DNA of 64,000 nt from Octopus sinensis (taxonomy: Eukaryota): positions 64,542,001 through 64,606,000 of the forward strand of contig NC_043007.1 in NCBI RefSeq assembly GCF_006345805.1. Direction: 5' to 3'. Numbering within the stretch: the first letter of the stretch is position 1; each line of letters opens with the position of its first letter. Below, piece by piece: positions 26,680 to 38,312 of the stretch. Below the pieces are notes generated by a model. It saw only the letters and a program-made list of their open reading frames with translations. It had not been told where the DNA came from and searched no databases. The position numbers and the translations under genes are program-made.

Positions 26680-28847
26680 TTAGAATGTCAACCCAACAGA
26701 GGGACCAGCTATCCAAGTTGACAGTACCTTGGCCGATATAACAATTAAGTGTATGAAGACAGGGAAAGCTCCCAGCCCATCAGGAATCACCGCAGAGATG
26801 CTCAAAATATCTGGCAGTGTCGGCTGTAGCCTAGTCACCTGTATAGTTAACCAGTTGATACACGAAGGAGTCATACCAAATGACTGGTGTAGCAGCATAA
26901 TAGTCAACTGCTACAAAGGTAAAGGTGATGCTTTAGATACAAATAATTACAGAGGTATCAAGTTGTTGGATCAGGTAATGAAGGTCATGGAGAGGGCCGT
27001 AGCCCAACTAATTAGGGACAAAGTCAGTTTAGATGAGATGCAGTTTGGGTTTGTGCCAGGGAAAAGCACCACTGATGCTATATTTCTGGTAAGACAGATG
27101 CAGGTGAAATACCTAGCCAAAGATAAACCTCTGTACCTGGCTTTCGTTGACATGGAGAAAGCCTTTGACAGTGTCCCCCGATCCCTTATCTGGTGGTCAA
27201 TGAGGAAACTTGGGATAAATGAATGGTTAGTGAGAGCTGTGCAAGTCATGTACAGGGATGCTGTCAGTAAGGTGAGGGTTGGCAACGAGTACAGTGAAGA
27301 ATTCTGAGTAGAGGTAGGGGTCCACCAAGGTTCAGTCCTCAGCCCCATCCTATTTATCAGGCAATAACAGACAGGATGCCCCTGGGAGCTCCTCTATGCT
27401 GACGACCTTGCCCTATTGCTGAGTCACTATCAGAACTAGAGGAGAAGTTTCAAGTGTAGAAACAAGGATTAGAAATGAAGGGCCTTAGAGTCAACCTAGC
27501 TAAAACCAAAGTCCTAATAAGTAGGAAGACAGGCAAACCACAAATCCCTTCAGGTAGATGGCCCTGCTCGATCTGTAGAAAGGGCATAGGTAGAAACTCT
27601 ATAAGATGTACCCAGTGTAAGCTGTGGACACATAAGAGGTGCAGTAATATCAAAGGAAGACTAACTGCGAAGATAGTTTTTGTATGTGGCAGATGCTCAG
27701 GAGAAATAAACACTGAAAATTTGCAGAGAACAACTTCTGCCACATTCCAGGAGGAAAAACTAGTAGTTGTTGATAGCTTCTGTTACCTAGGTGACCAAGT
27801 CAGTAGCAGGGGAGGGTGCGCTGAAAGTGTAGCCGCTAGAATAAGAATAGCCTGGGCAAAGTTCAAGAGCTCTTACCTCTGCTGGTGACAAAGGGCCTCT
27901 CGCTCAGAGTAAAAGATAGACTGTATGATGCATGTGTACGAACAGCCATGCTACATGGCAGTGAAACATGGGCTGTGACTGCTGAGGACATGCATAAGCT
28001 CGCAAGGAATGAAGCTAGTATGCTCTGGTGGAAGTGTAATGTCAGTGTGCATACTCGACAGAGTGTTAGTACCTTGAGAGAAAAGTTGGACCTAAGAAGC
28101 ATCAGATGTGGTGTTCAAGAGAGACAACTGTGCTGGTATGGCCATGTAGCAAGAATGGATTTGGATAGCTGTGTGAAAAAGTGCCACACCCTAGTGGTTG
28201 AGGGAACCTGTGGAAGAGGTATACTCAAGAAGACCTGGGATGAAGTGGTGAAGCATGACCTTCAAACATTGGGCCTCACCAAGGCAATGACTAGTGACCG
28301 AGACCTTTGGAAATATGCTGTGCTCGAGAAGACTCGGCAAGCCAAGTGAGACCATAATCTCATGGCTTATACCAGGGGTGTAACCAGCCCACTTATGCAT
28401 ACCTTTCCTTCATTGGACACTAAACTCTGCTTGCAAAGACCTGTTGAAGCAAGTGAAATCGAAATCAAAATCAAATTCAAAGACTGGCATTTGAGTGTGA
28501 TCGTTACCTGCATCACCTTACTGGCACTTGTACTGGTGGCACGTGAAAAAACATTCGAGCGAGGTCGTTGCCAGTGCTGCTAGACTGGCTCCTGTGCAGG
28601 TGGCACATAAAAACACTATTTGAGCTTGGCCATTGCCAGTACTGCCTGACTGGCTCTTGTGCTGGTGGCGTGTAAAAGTACCCACTACACTCTCGGAGGG
28701 CTTGGTGTTAGGAAGGGCATCCAGCTGTAGAAACTCTGCCAGATCAGATTGGAGCCTGGTGCAGCCATCTGGTTTGCCAGACCTTTGTCAAATCATCCAA
28801 CCCATGCTAGCATGGAAAGCAGACATTAAACAATGATGATGATGATG
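26680..28847 (+). mobile_element. 5'-truncated RTE LINE, best preserved copy
   Basis: ORFs 26729-27307, 27475-27888 and 27885-28349 (RT, Cys-rich insert, C-terminus); long 3' UTR with internal repeats; (GAT)n tail. Confidence 0.95.
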
Positions 28848-28941
28848 TATATAAAGGTAGAAAATCATATAACAGGGAATAAATGAATAATTATTTATGC
28901 TAATGTATATATAAATATCTCTATACACACACACACATATA

Positions 28942-29004
<63 letters not shown>

Positions 29005-29005
<1 letters not shown>

Positions 29006-29230
29006 CAGAGAATTCATGAAAAAACAAAAGACGAAGACAGGTGGTGTAGAAAACAAACAGATGTATTAGTATAACGCTTGGGAATTGAAAAAGTCTTTAA
29101 CGTTTCGAGCCTACGCTCTTCCACATAAAGGAACACAGAAAGAAACAAGGAGATTAAAAAAATGTGTGTAGTGGCTACCAATATCTCATGGTGAATGCTG
29201 GATATAAAGGTCACACAGGAGAGCGAAGAA
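29005..29230 (-). mobile_element. Possible Penelope-like element terminal fragment
   Basis: Minus strand carries gaagagcgtaggctcgaaacgt, resembling the decayed hammerhead-type motif of Penelope pLTRs. No ORF present, so the assignment is by recollection only. Confidence 0.35.
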
Positions 29231-29388
29231 GTAGGGGAGATAACAAAGTAGTAGCGAACCCAAAATATATATATATATTATAGAGGCTGGCTTATACCAC
29301 TCTGTCATGTGGGAAGGGGAGTACCATTTTCACTACAACAGAACTGTAGTAAGATTCTAATTTGTTATGAAGAAGTTTTCTTCCTCTT

Positions 29389-29782
29389 TACAACAATATA
29401 TCAAATGAAAGACATTTTTTAGAACTGGTTTGAAATAAGAAGAGAAATTAAATAAGTGTGGTATTCCTAGAGAAAGGCACATTACTCAACTTCATTCATT
29501 GTTAAAAGGTTAAGTTGTACGCAGGGTATCAGCTGTAAAATTATTTAATAAGCAACAGCTTAAATATGCTGAACATATTTATACAACAACATATCAAACA
29601 AAAGGCTTTTTTTAGAACTGGTTTGAAATAAAAAGAGAAATTAAATATATGGGGTGTTCCTGGAGCAAGGCTCATTACTCAATTTCTTTCATTGTTAAAA
29701 GGTTAAATTGTACAAAGGGTATCATCTGTAAAATTATCTAATAAACAACAGCTTAAATACGTTGAACATATTTTTACAACAA
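29389..29782. repeat. 193-bp tandem duplication (2 copies plus a stub)
   Basis: tacaacaa...ttttttagaactggtttgaaataa...gaacatattt recurs at 29389, 29582 and 29775. Confidence 0.9.
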
Positions 29783-30168
29783 TGGTAAGTTCAAAAGAAT
29801 CATCTTATTGTTTAAAAAATGTTCTCAAATATGATACCCCCTATAAAAACATGCTTAATCTTGATTTATAGTTATTGTTTTTACCTTTTCTTGTTTTTCA
29901 AAACATGTTTTACTGTTCTGTATTTGTTATTGGAGGAAGGAATTATTAGAATGTTTGCTTTTAATTGAGTGGTTTCTTAATTTAGTTGTCAGATATGATG
30001 ATCTGCTTCTGTTCAAGTTGATAGAAATAAAGCATGTAAAGTAATGAGCCTTGCCTGAAGCAAGAAGGCAATAAATATGTAAAGGTCTCTGAGCTCTTAT
30101 GGATTGTAGAGAAAACTTAATTAATGTTGAATAAATGAAACAAAGAGTAACAAAGTGATAATACTTAC

Positions 30169-30516
30169 TACAAGATTGCCAATGATCATGGTTAGTAAGA
30201 AGAATGGTACGCAGGCATATCCAGATACTTTCATACACATCCACATGGATTCAATCCATTCGCCACACAATACACGAAATACAATCATGAATGAGTGCAA
30301 AAAGGTTCTAAAACCCCATCGAGGGAGTTCATTATCTTCAAAATTCGATAGAATTTCATATTTTTCTCCAAATAATTGCTGTCCCATGACAGCAAAGATG
30401 AACACTATGATGCCCAACACAAGTGTCAGGTTACCGAGGGCACCCATAGTTCCGGCTACAATGCCGATTAACATATTTAAGGTAGGCCAAGATTTTGCGA
30501 GTTTGAACACTCGAAG
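30169..30516 (-). CDS. Nav1: Nav1 exon, DII S4-S5-P loop-S6 (348 nt, phase 0-0)
   Basis: Acceptor tattgcag|CTT, donor CTT GTA|gtaagt. Encodes [14 protein letters not shown]...[13 protein letters not shown]...IIGNLV, including the DII selectivity-filter Glu of the DEKA ring. Confidence 0.98.
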
Positions 30517-30722
30517 CTGCAATAGAAAAACAAAGAAAGAATTAAATCTGTGTAAATCAGATAAGCTAAAATTTTGTTCATAATTATTAATATAAATAGA
30601 AATAAGTTTTTTTAAGAATAATTCTGAGAGTGCTTTGACAAAAGTTTTATAAACAGTCAATATAACTCTTATGGATTGATTATATTAAATAGTAGAATAC
30701 ATTCAAAACAAAATATACTCAC

Positions 30723-30896
30723 TAATCGGAAAGACCGTAAAACAGATAAGCCTTGTACTCCCTCTAATCCCAGTTCCATTAAACTTAAAAATACAATGAA
30801 AGAATCGAAGATGTTCCAAGGGTCTCTGAAGTAGGTTGACGGCGCGAGAGCGAGAATTTTTAGGAAGGCTTCAGCTGCAAAAACAGCTGTAAAAAC
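30723..30896 (-). CDS. Nav1: Nav1 exon, DII S2-S3-S4 (174 nt, phase 0-0); not in the ORF track
   Basis: Acceptor ttttccag|GTT, donor CGA TTA|gtgagt. Translates [58 protein letters not shown]. Confidence 0.97.
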
Positions 30897-31278
30897 CTGG
30901 AAAACATAACAGAATACATCAAATCAGAAACCTAAAAGTTAGCATAAAATGATATCTATGTTAAAATAATAAATTGACATAAATAACTAATTCTTAAGAT
31001 CAATTCTTTGTATGCAAACATATTTTCTTTTTTTCATTGTTTGACATCACATTTTCTAATGCTAGATGGGTAGGATGAGTGTGAAAATCTAAATATTTGC
31101 AAAGTCGATGAATATCTATTATTTGGTAGCTATGAAGCAAAAATAGAATTTACTTTCAATTTAGTGAAACAAAAAACTTTAGTTAAAAAAAGTTTAAAAA
31201 AATGATATATATATATATATGTATAAATAATAATAATAATAATAATAATAACAATAATAATAATAATAATAATAACCA

Positions 31279-31465
31279 TCCTTTCTATTAGAGGTACAAG
31301 GCCTGAAATTTAGTAGGAGGGGACCAGTCGGTTATGTTGATCCCAGTGTTTCACTGGTACATAATTTATCGACTCTGAAAGGATGAAAGGCAAAGTTGAT
31401 TTCCACAGAAATTGAACTCAGAATGCAGCAACACAGAGTGCTAAAAATCCTGCCAGCTCACTGCC

Positions 31466-31521
<56 letters not shown>

Positions 31522-31734
31522 CCTTTCTACTAGAAGCACAAGGAGTGAAATCTTGGGGGAGAGGGTAAGTCGATTACATTGGCCCTAGTGTATCACTGGT
31601 ACTTAATTTATCAACCCCCAAAGGCTGAAAGCAAAGTAGACCTTGGTGGAATTTGAACTCAGAATGTAGTGATGGGTAAAATACTGCTAAACATTTTGCC
31701 CAGTGTGCTAACGATTCTGCTAGCTCACTATCTT
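31279..31734 (-). mobile_element. Two tandem copies (31279-31467, 31521-31734) of an (AAT)n-associated tRNA-type SINE
   Basis: Both read tcctttcta...ggcctgaaat...tcactggtac...gaaaggcaaagt...gaactcagaatg...gccagctcactgcc, separated and flanked by (AAT)n. The central segment resembles the Meta-SINE domain (recollection, unverified). Confidence 0.8.
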
Positions 31735-31984
31735 AATAATAATAATGATGATAATAATAATTGTCATATTGCCACAAGACTGCAGTTTTGTGGGAGAAGG
31801 GTATAGTTTATTCATTTGATTACATTATGTATACTTATTTTACGCAGAGGCATGAAAAACAAAATTGATTGTGGTCAGACATGAAATTAGAAAACTGAGG
31901 GATAAGACTAAATATTGCAAAGTCTGTTGCTCTACCATGTGTGTTTATGCATCAGAATATATTTTCCCTTTGAAAAATACTTAC

Positions 31985-32256
31985 ATAGTTGCCCATTTCT
32001 AAAGCATCTTGTAGACCTTTCGACATATCGTAATGATCAATAGCCATAAAAACGGTATTTAATACGATGCACAATGTTATAAACAGATCCACGAAGGCAT
32101 CCATAATGAAAAATCCAATATATCCCTGCAATGTCTTAAAGGGCGGCCAGCAATCCCAAGCACAGAAAATTCGGAACAATTTGTCCTTAAGCAACTCAGG
32201 TTGAGAAGCGGTTGAACTGACAGAACCTGCAAGTAAAGATGTTGAACTGACAGAAC
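31985..32256 (-). CDS. Nav1: Nav1 exon, end of I-II linker plus DII-S1 (272 nt from upstream acceptor at 32256, or 242 nt from acceptor at 32226; phase 1-0)
   Basis: Two identical acceptors ctttacttgcag|GTTCTG 30 nt apart; donor AAC TAT|gtaagt. Encodes ...KLFRIFCAWDCWPPF...IMDAFVDLFITLCIVLNTVFMAIDHYDM...GNY. Confidence 0.95.
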
Positions 32257-32476
32257 CTGCAAGTAAAGGTGAACAAATGTAATAACAAAGAAAATTTACA
32301 CATAAAAATATGGAAGTCATGTCACTCAAACTTTATATGTTGGTAATTTAGCTTCAGCTGTGTGAGTGCAAATGTATGTGTGTGTGTGTGTGTGTGTATG
32401 TGCGCATGAGAGTTGTGTGCATGTGTGCATGTACATGTATGTATGTGTGTGCATACAGATGTGAGGTTATAGATAC

Positions 32477-32536
<60 letters not shown>

Positions 32537-33486
32537 CACACATATACACATGCATATATATGCATACATATATATATGTGTAAATATATATATATTCATG
32601 CACACATTTTACATTTATATATTTAAAATAATATAATATACATATGTATATGTAAAAATAATCTACAATTTATATGTCTAAAATAATACTGCATCAAATA
32701 TATATCATAGTGATTTTAAGTTTAAAGGTAATAATGACTGTTGCTTTCATACAAACACATGCATACAAAATCACATAGCAAATGTAAACTTCACTCTATT
32801 ATTATATAGGGACATTAAGTAACATATGGATATATCTATAAGTAGTTACCATATATACATGATGGTCTTTCAACTGAATATTGTAAACTTCTTATCCTAT
32901 CACAGGAACTAAATTTCTCTGCTTCACTTAGCTGGTACCAGAAAGGTGAAAAATACAGAGAGAATAGCTAATTATGCTTTTGAGCTAACATCTCAAGAAG
33001 GAGAAGGAATGATTGTATGTTTATTCATTGACTTGTATATTTGTTCATTGACTTGTATATTTATTCATTGACAAACATGAAAATTGAAACACCAGTAACA
33101 GTGATTTTGTGTTTCTACTCAAACTTACATTGATTTAGTCTACATGTAAGATTGTCTATAAAATAAGGAGAAATGCAGCTCAATCAGTGTTTAACTGATT
33201 ATTTGAAGAATTTTGGAGGCTTATAGAATAGATGCATGTTCAATTTCTCATATATTATGATCATTTTTTGGGATACATGACAGGGTTGGCAAATTTCACA
33301 GCAGCAATAACAAATAAATTGCCACATCTTATCTCTCAGGCAGTATCTTCTAAAAAGTGTTGCAGAAATGAATATTTCCAATGTTAATATTCCAAAGTTC
33401 CTAGTAACCTTAACACTTCAGAAAAACTGTTTAATGCAATCTCAAAGCAATGAAATAACTTGACCTGAATACAAACTCGGAGGAGA

Positions 33487-33790
33487 TCATCATCATCATC
33501 CAGTGTTTTAAATCTGGGTTTTGTCCCTGTTAATGGGGGTGATCGCATCTACTTCAATGCCATAGCAACCACCCTCACACCATTTCACCTGGTTTTGGAC
33601 ATCCTCCTTTTTCAAACCAACCCTCCCAATCTCCTCCTCCACCTGTTCCCTCCAGCTTTTCCTCAGTATACCTCACTTTTGTGCTCCATTTACCTCAAAT
33701 GCAATCACTCTCCTCAGAACATGCTCTTCATCCCTCCTCAACAGAAAGCTATGCGTGGGTATGTATCAGTAAGTAAGAACCTGACAATTA
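33487..33790 (-). mobile_element. RTE-type LINE 3' end fragment with (GAT)n tail
   Basis: (ATC)n on + at 33487-33500; minus strand reads aggaggatgtccaaaaccaggtg (GRP-like C-terminal motif). Confidence 0.45.
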
Positions 33791-35333
33791 TGTAGCAAAT
33801 ATGAATGGGATCTGAGGCAACCAAGAGTTGATTTGTGATGTAAAAAGAGAAAAAAGAAACTCATTGAAAGTTCACAATTTTGGATAAGTTCATATGACAT
33901 GGGAGAAATGAAAGTACTGACATTTGGACCAAACTTGTTTGAATTTGTGAACTAATCAGATAGCTGAACTTATGTAAGATATACAGTGTAAAAACTTATT
34001 GAGAATTCATAAAACAGTTTACTAAAAAATACTATCTTCCCCAGAGGTATTATATCATACCATACAAGTATAAAATGCTAATTGATGGAAACAACTTTGC
34101 CAAAAAGCTGAAAGACATAATGGATGCAGATGTATTTGAACTTTTTGAAAGTCTGAATATTCCAGTAAAAGTTTGATCCACCACAATCAAAATAAATATG
34201 TAATATGATCCATCTCACAATCATATAGTCTTAGGTTCAATTCCACTGTATAAAATCTTGGGAAAGTGTCATCTACCAAAAATCTTGGGTAGAACCAAGC
34301 CCTGTAAATGAAAGTGGGTAGATGGGAATTATGTGGAAGCCTGTAAGTTGGTTGCATTTGCTATTGTTAGGCTTAATCTGTTGCCTCAACTCTTGGCCTT
34401 ACAGGAAAGCAAAAGATAATTTTCCAAAATAATAATTTTCCAAAATAATAATTTTCCTTGATATCCTGCTTATATTGTAGCAAAGAATGAGGTGTGGTTC
34501 CTTCTCTTTACTCCACCAATCTTGAAAGCCCTGCAAAAAAGTCATGGCCATGGCCCATTCTTTTCTGACTAAGCCATACATTACATACAATTGCCTAATT
34601 GAATCTACAAGGAGATAAGCATACTACTAATGAGTGCCTCTGACTATATTTTAACAAGAATCATGTCATTTTATTATTCTTATTCTATTATAAAGGAAAC
34701 ATCTACTAACAGTATGAACAAAAAAAAATGTACATACAAACTATATATATATATCTGTTGTTATTTACTACACATGCATCTATTTTTACACTATGTCTTC
34801 TATTTTTGTACCTGCACATGCAAAACTAAATAAACACATTCCCAACCATGTACATATATTTCCATGATTTCATATTTTATCTATTTGCATACATTCCTGC
34901 AAATAAGCACACCTATCCACACACTCAAATATATTAAGCATACACATACACACAAATGCATAATAATTGCTATATGTAATTTCACTAAAAATACATTAAA
35001 ACAATGTTTAATTCTTTTTATAACATATCCAAAAAATAATGCAATGGCACTTAAGGTGAGTTGCATATGATTAAAGCTATATATGGAAAGTGATATAAGG
35101 AAAAGCTGTTACTACTATATTGTAATGCAGCAAGTGTTTCAAAATTAAGATATGATGTTTTTAGTGCGGTTTCTTTTCATATATTTGTCAAAATTGGGAA
35201 TTTTGTGGGCCTTGTTAGGTTTTGTTAGTAAGTGCAAGCTGAATTTGTCAACTTTCTGATATACACTAATGATTTGTAACTATATTTTTGTCAAATATTT
35301 TTGCAGTAGTAGTAGTAATAATAATGATAATAA

Positions 35334-35545
35334 TCTTTTCTACTAAAGGCACAAGGCCTGAAATTTATGGGAAGGGGACTAGTCGATTACATCGACTCCA
35401 GTGTTTCACTGGTGCTTAATTTATTAACCCTGAAAGGATGAAAGGCAAAGATGACCTTGGAATTTGAACTCACAATGTAGTGATGGGCGAAGTACTACTA
35501 AGCATTTCGCCAGGCATGCTAACAATTCTGCTAGCTCACTGCCTT
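35334..35545 (-). mobile_element. (AAT)n-associated SINE, same family as 31279-31734
   Basis: Colinear with the copies at 31279 and 31521. Confidence 0.8.
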
Positions 35546-35894
35546 AATAATGATGACAATAATAATACTAATCCAACATTATATCTTTGTTTTAGAAATT
35601 TACACAAAAACTGTGTGCCTAAATCTCCAATACACACACACACACACCCAAACCCACACACCCACAGCTACACATACACATACACACACACACACAAACA
35701 CATAAATGAATGTATTTATATGTTGCATTGAATTTATGTCTCTATTCTAGTTCCCTTTTTATGGCTTTTTCATATTTTTGTATGAGTTCCTTGCAGTTTG
35801 TTGTATTGTTGTCTCATCTTCATGATGAAGTGATGTTGGCATGTGTTTCAGTCACTATATAGTAGACAGAGCCAAGGTGATTTTGTGTGTGTGT

Positions 35895-35966
<72 letters not shown>

Positions 35967-37086
35967 GTGCATGTGCATATGCATATATGCAATTACATTG
36001 TGAAGAGCCATTTTCACCTTCAAAACATAACTGCATGTATGAATATATACAATGAAAAATTTGAGTGCTAAATGGTTTTAGTAATATAATTTTTAAAAGC
36101 CTATTGTTATTTTAGTTCTTGAACAAGTATTTTATCTTTTGTATTTGTTGAAAAATTGCTGAAGCTACCAACATTGTTTGATGCATATATTTTGTAAGGG
36201 GAAAAGGACCCAAGTTATGATTGATTTGTTTTGGTTCATGTTGAAGCAGCAACTTTTCCTCTGAGTTGCTATTTTCAGTCAAGTCATCAGTATTTCCAGT
36301 TGTCTTGTATTCTGCTATATATCTGGAATGAGAAACTTTCAATTTATATTCTTGGCCTAACAAACTTAAACAGGTATAAGTGTTTCACAATTATCCAAAC
36401 CAGCAAGGCTGGTTGTTTCCACTACTGGAGGGAGACAGAGAAATTAAGAAAACTTCAATGAAAGAAGCTGATATACAGCTCCAGCTCATCTCTGATGGAG
36501 CAGAGCTATGTTACATTAGTAGTTTCTGCTAGGCTGTAAGATTGAGAGAAGCAATAAATCTTTAAAAGATTTAATTTCATGCTTATAAAAAAAATTAGAC
36601 AACTCTCTCATCTCACTTCTCTTTCCCTCTCTGGTTATTCAGATTGTGGTTATCTTCTGGAAGAAGTTGATGTATTCTTGTCCAAAAGGATTGATAGTAA
36701 AATTAAAAATAAGTTAAGAAAGCAGAGCATACTGAGTCTAAACATCACCCAGCCTTACAAAAAATGTGCACCAGATTTCCAAAGAAATCTTATTTTTGAA
36801 TAGCTGACTAATTGTAATAAACTATAAGGGATGAGAAATTGGCATGATTTACCAAGCAGAATGTAAATGATACATAAGAATGCAAAAGAAAAAGAAGAAA
36901 AAAAAGAAAGTGTAGGAAATGCAGAACTGAAAGGATAAAGAAAAATATTTATATCATAGATCATTTAGTAGCTGGTTTCAACAAAGAGTGCTTTAAGTGA
37001 GTATAGTAAATCAGGGAAAAAGCTGAACAATGTTCCAAGGATAAGAATATCAATAGAGAAATGATTAAAAAACAACAAAGACTTAC

Positions 37087-37137
37087 TTGATCTTGCGCCC
37101 GACGCATGGTTTATTAAATCTTTCAAAACCATGACAT
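37087..37137 (-). CDS. Nav1: Nav1 micro-exon, I-II linker (51 nt, phase 1-1); not in the ORF track
   Basis: Acceptor cctatttcag|AT, donor TCA A|gtaagt. Translates (D)VMVLKDLINHASGARS(S), homologous to insect para DVMVLNDIIEQAAGR. Confidence 0.92.
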
Positions 37138-37341
37138 CTGAAATAGGATGAGAAAGTACGTGTTAAAAGAGTTAACTTGAAAACATCAAACATGCAGCTT
37201 CATATACTTTCATTATATATTCAAGGTTACTTATAGAATTAGGTCTGTATTGGTAAGAATTGGATTAAAAATAATAAAAGTGGAGAAGTTATATTTTGGA
37301 TGTGACTTTCGATAAAATCTTCAACTGGAAATGTAAAGATG

Positions 37342-37390
<49 letters not shown>

Positions 37391-37410
37391 TACATACATA
37401 CATACATACA

Positions 37411-37446
<36 letters not shown>

Positions 37447-37449
37447 GAT

Positions 37450-38287
37450 CTGAGGCAACTCCAGATTATCAGTGTCACGCAGGCTCATCATAGATTTCAT
37501 CACTTGTGCTCATCACAGGTTTTGTCACTCAGGCTCATCACAGATTTCACATAAAACACATGCCTGCTCAAAGAATTTCACATTTTTCTGCAATATTTTT
37601 AGCCCCAAATGGCTTATTTTTTTTATATCTAGCACTATGTATTTCTCCATTTCTAAATTAAGGCTTAAAATAAAGCAACCATGCTAAACACAAGTGATCT
37701 TTGCACACAGATGCACAGAATAACAACAATCAAATAACGACAGGGGAGTGCACAACAAACATCAGTGATCTGATTGTTGCCTGTACTCTTGACAAGAGAT
37801 GCCAGTTAGTCTTTTACACCTCTCAGACTCATTCATATTAGCCTGAGTTGCTGGATAATTTCTTGTTCTTTTAAGAATATAGTAGAATGGAAATTTTTCA
37901 TAGATTGGAATTTAAATCTTAATCTCTATAGAAATTTATTGTTTCAAGAAAACATTGAATTTTAATTACTTTTAATTTTTATAATTATAGATAACAACTT
38001 GGGCTGTAACAACCGAGCCTGAGTCAGGTGTGTGTGAATAATTTTGAGGGAACATTTGCTATGAATGATATTTTTTGACACAAGGCACCTCGAAGATGAT
38101 CGCCAGATGCTGAATGAAAATAAATGAACTGTGACCAGGCTCAATAAAAGGAGCCTGAGTTATTGGCTGCAATTACATTCTTGAAGTCAGTGTTGGCAGA
38201 AATTAAATCAGCTTGCAAATACACATTAACTTTACTAAATTTATACTCAGCTAAGCTCAAACAGCCTGAGTACCGGAGTTGCCACTG
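37450..38287. mobile_element. Non-autonomous DNA element (MITE), 838 bp, between two (TA)n arrays
   Basis: Terminal inverted repeats CTGAGGCAACTCCAG / CAGTGGCAACTCCGG (12/15 match); five copies of AGCCTGAGT inside. Confidence 0.6.
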
Positions 38288-38312
38288 ATATATATATATA
38301 TATATATATATA

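Noticed and set aside
28529-28685. Regularly spaced repeats as a CRISPR-like array
   Set aside because: These are imperfect tandem units with no unique spacers, inside a eukaryotic LINE 3' UTR.
29095-29131. Functional hammerhead ribozyme on the minus strand (gaagagcgtaggctcgaaacgt)
   Set aside because: The GAAA and a short palindromic stem are present, but the CUGANGA core has at least two substitutions. At most it is a decayed relic.
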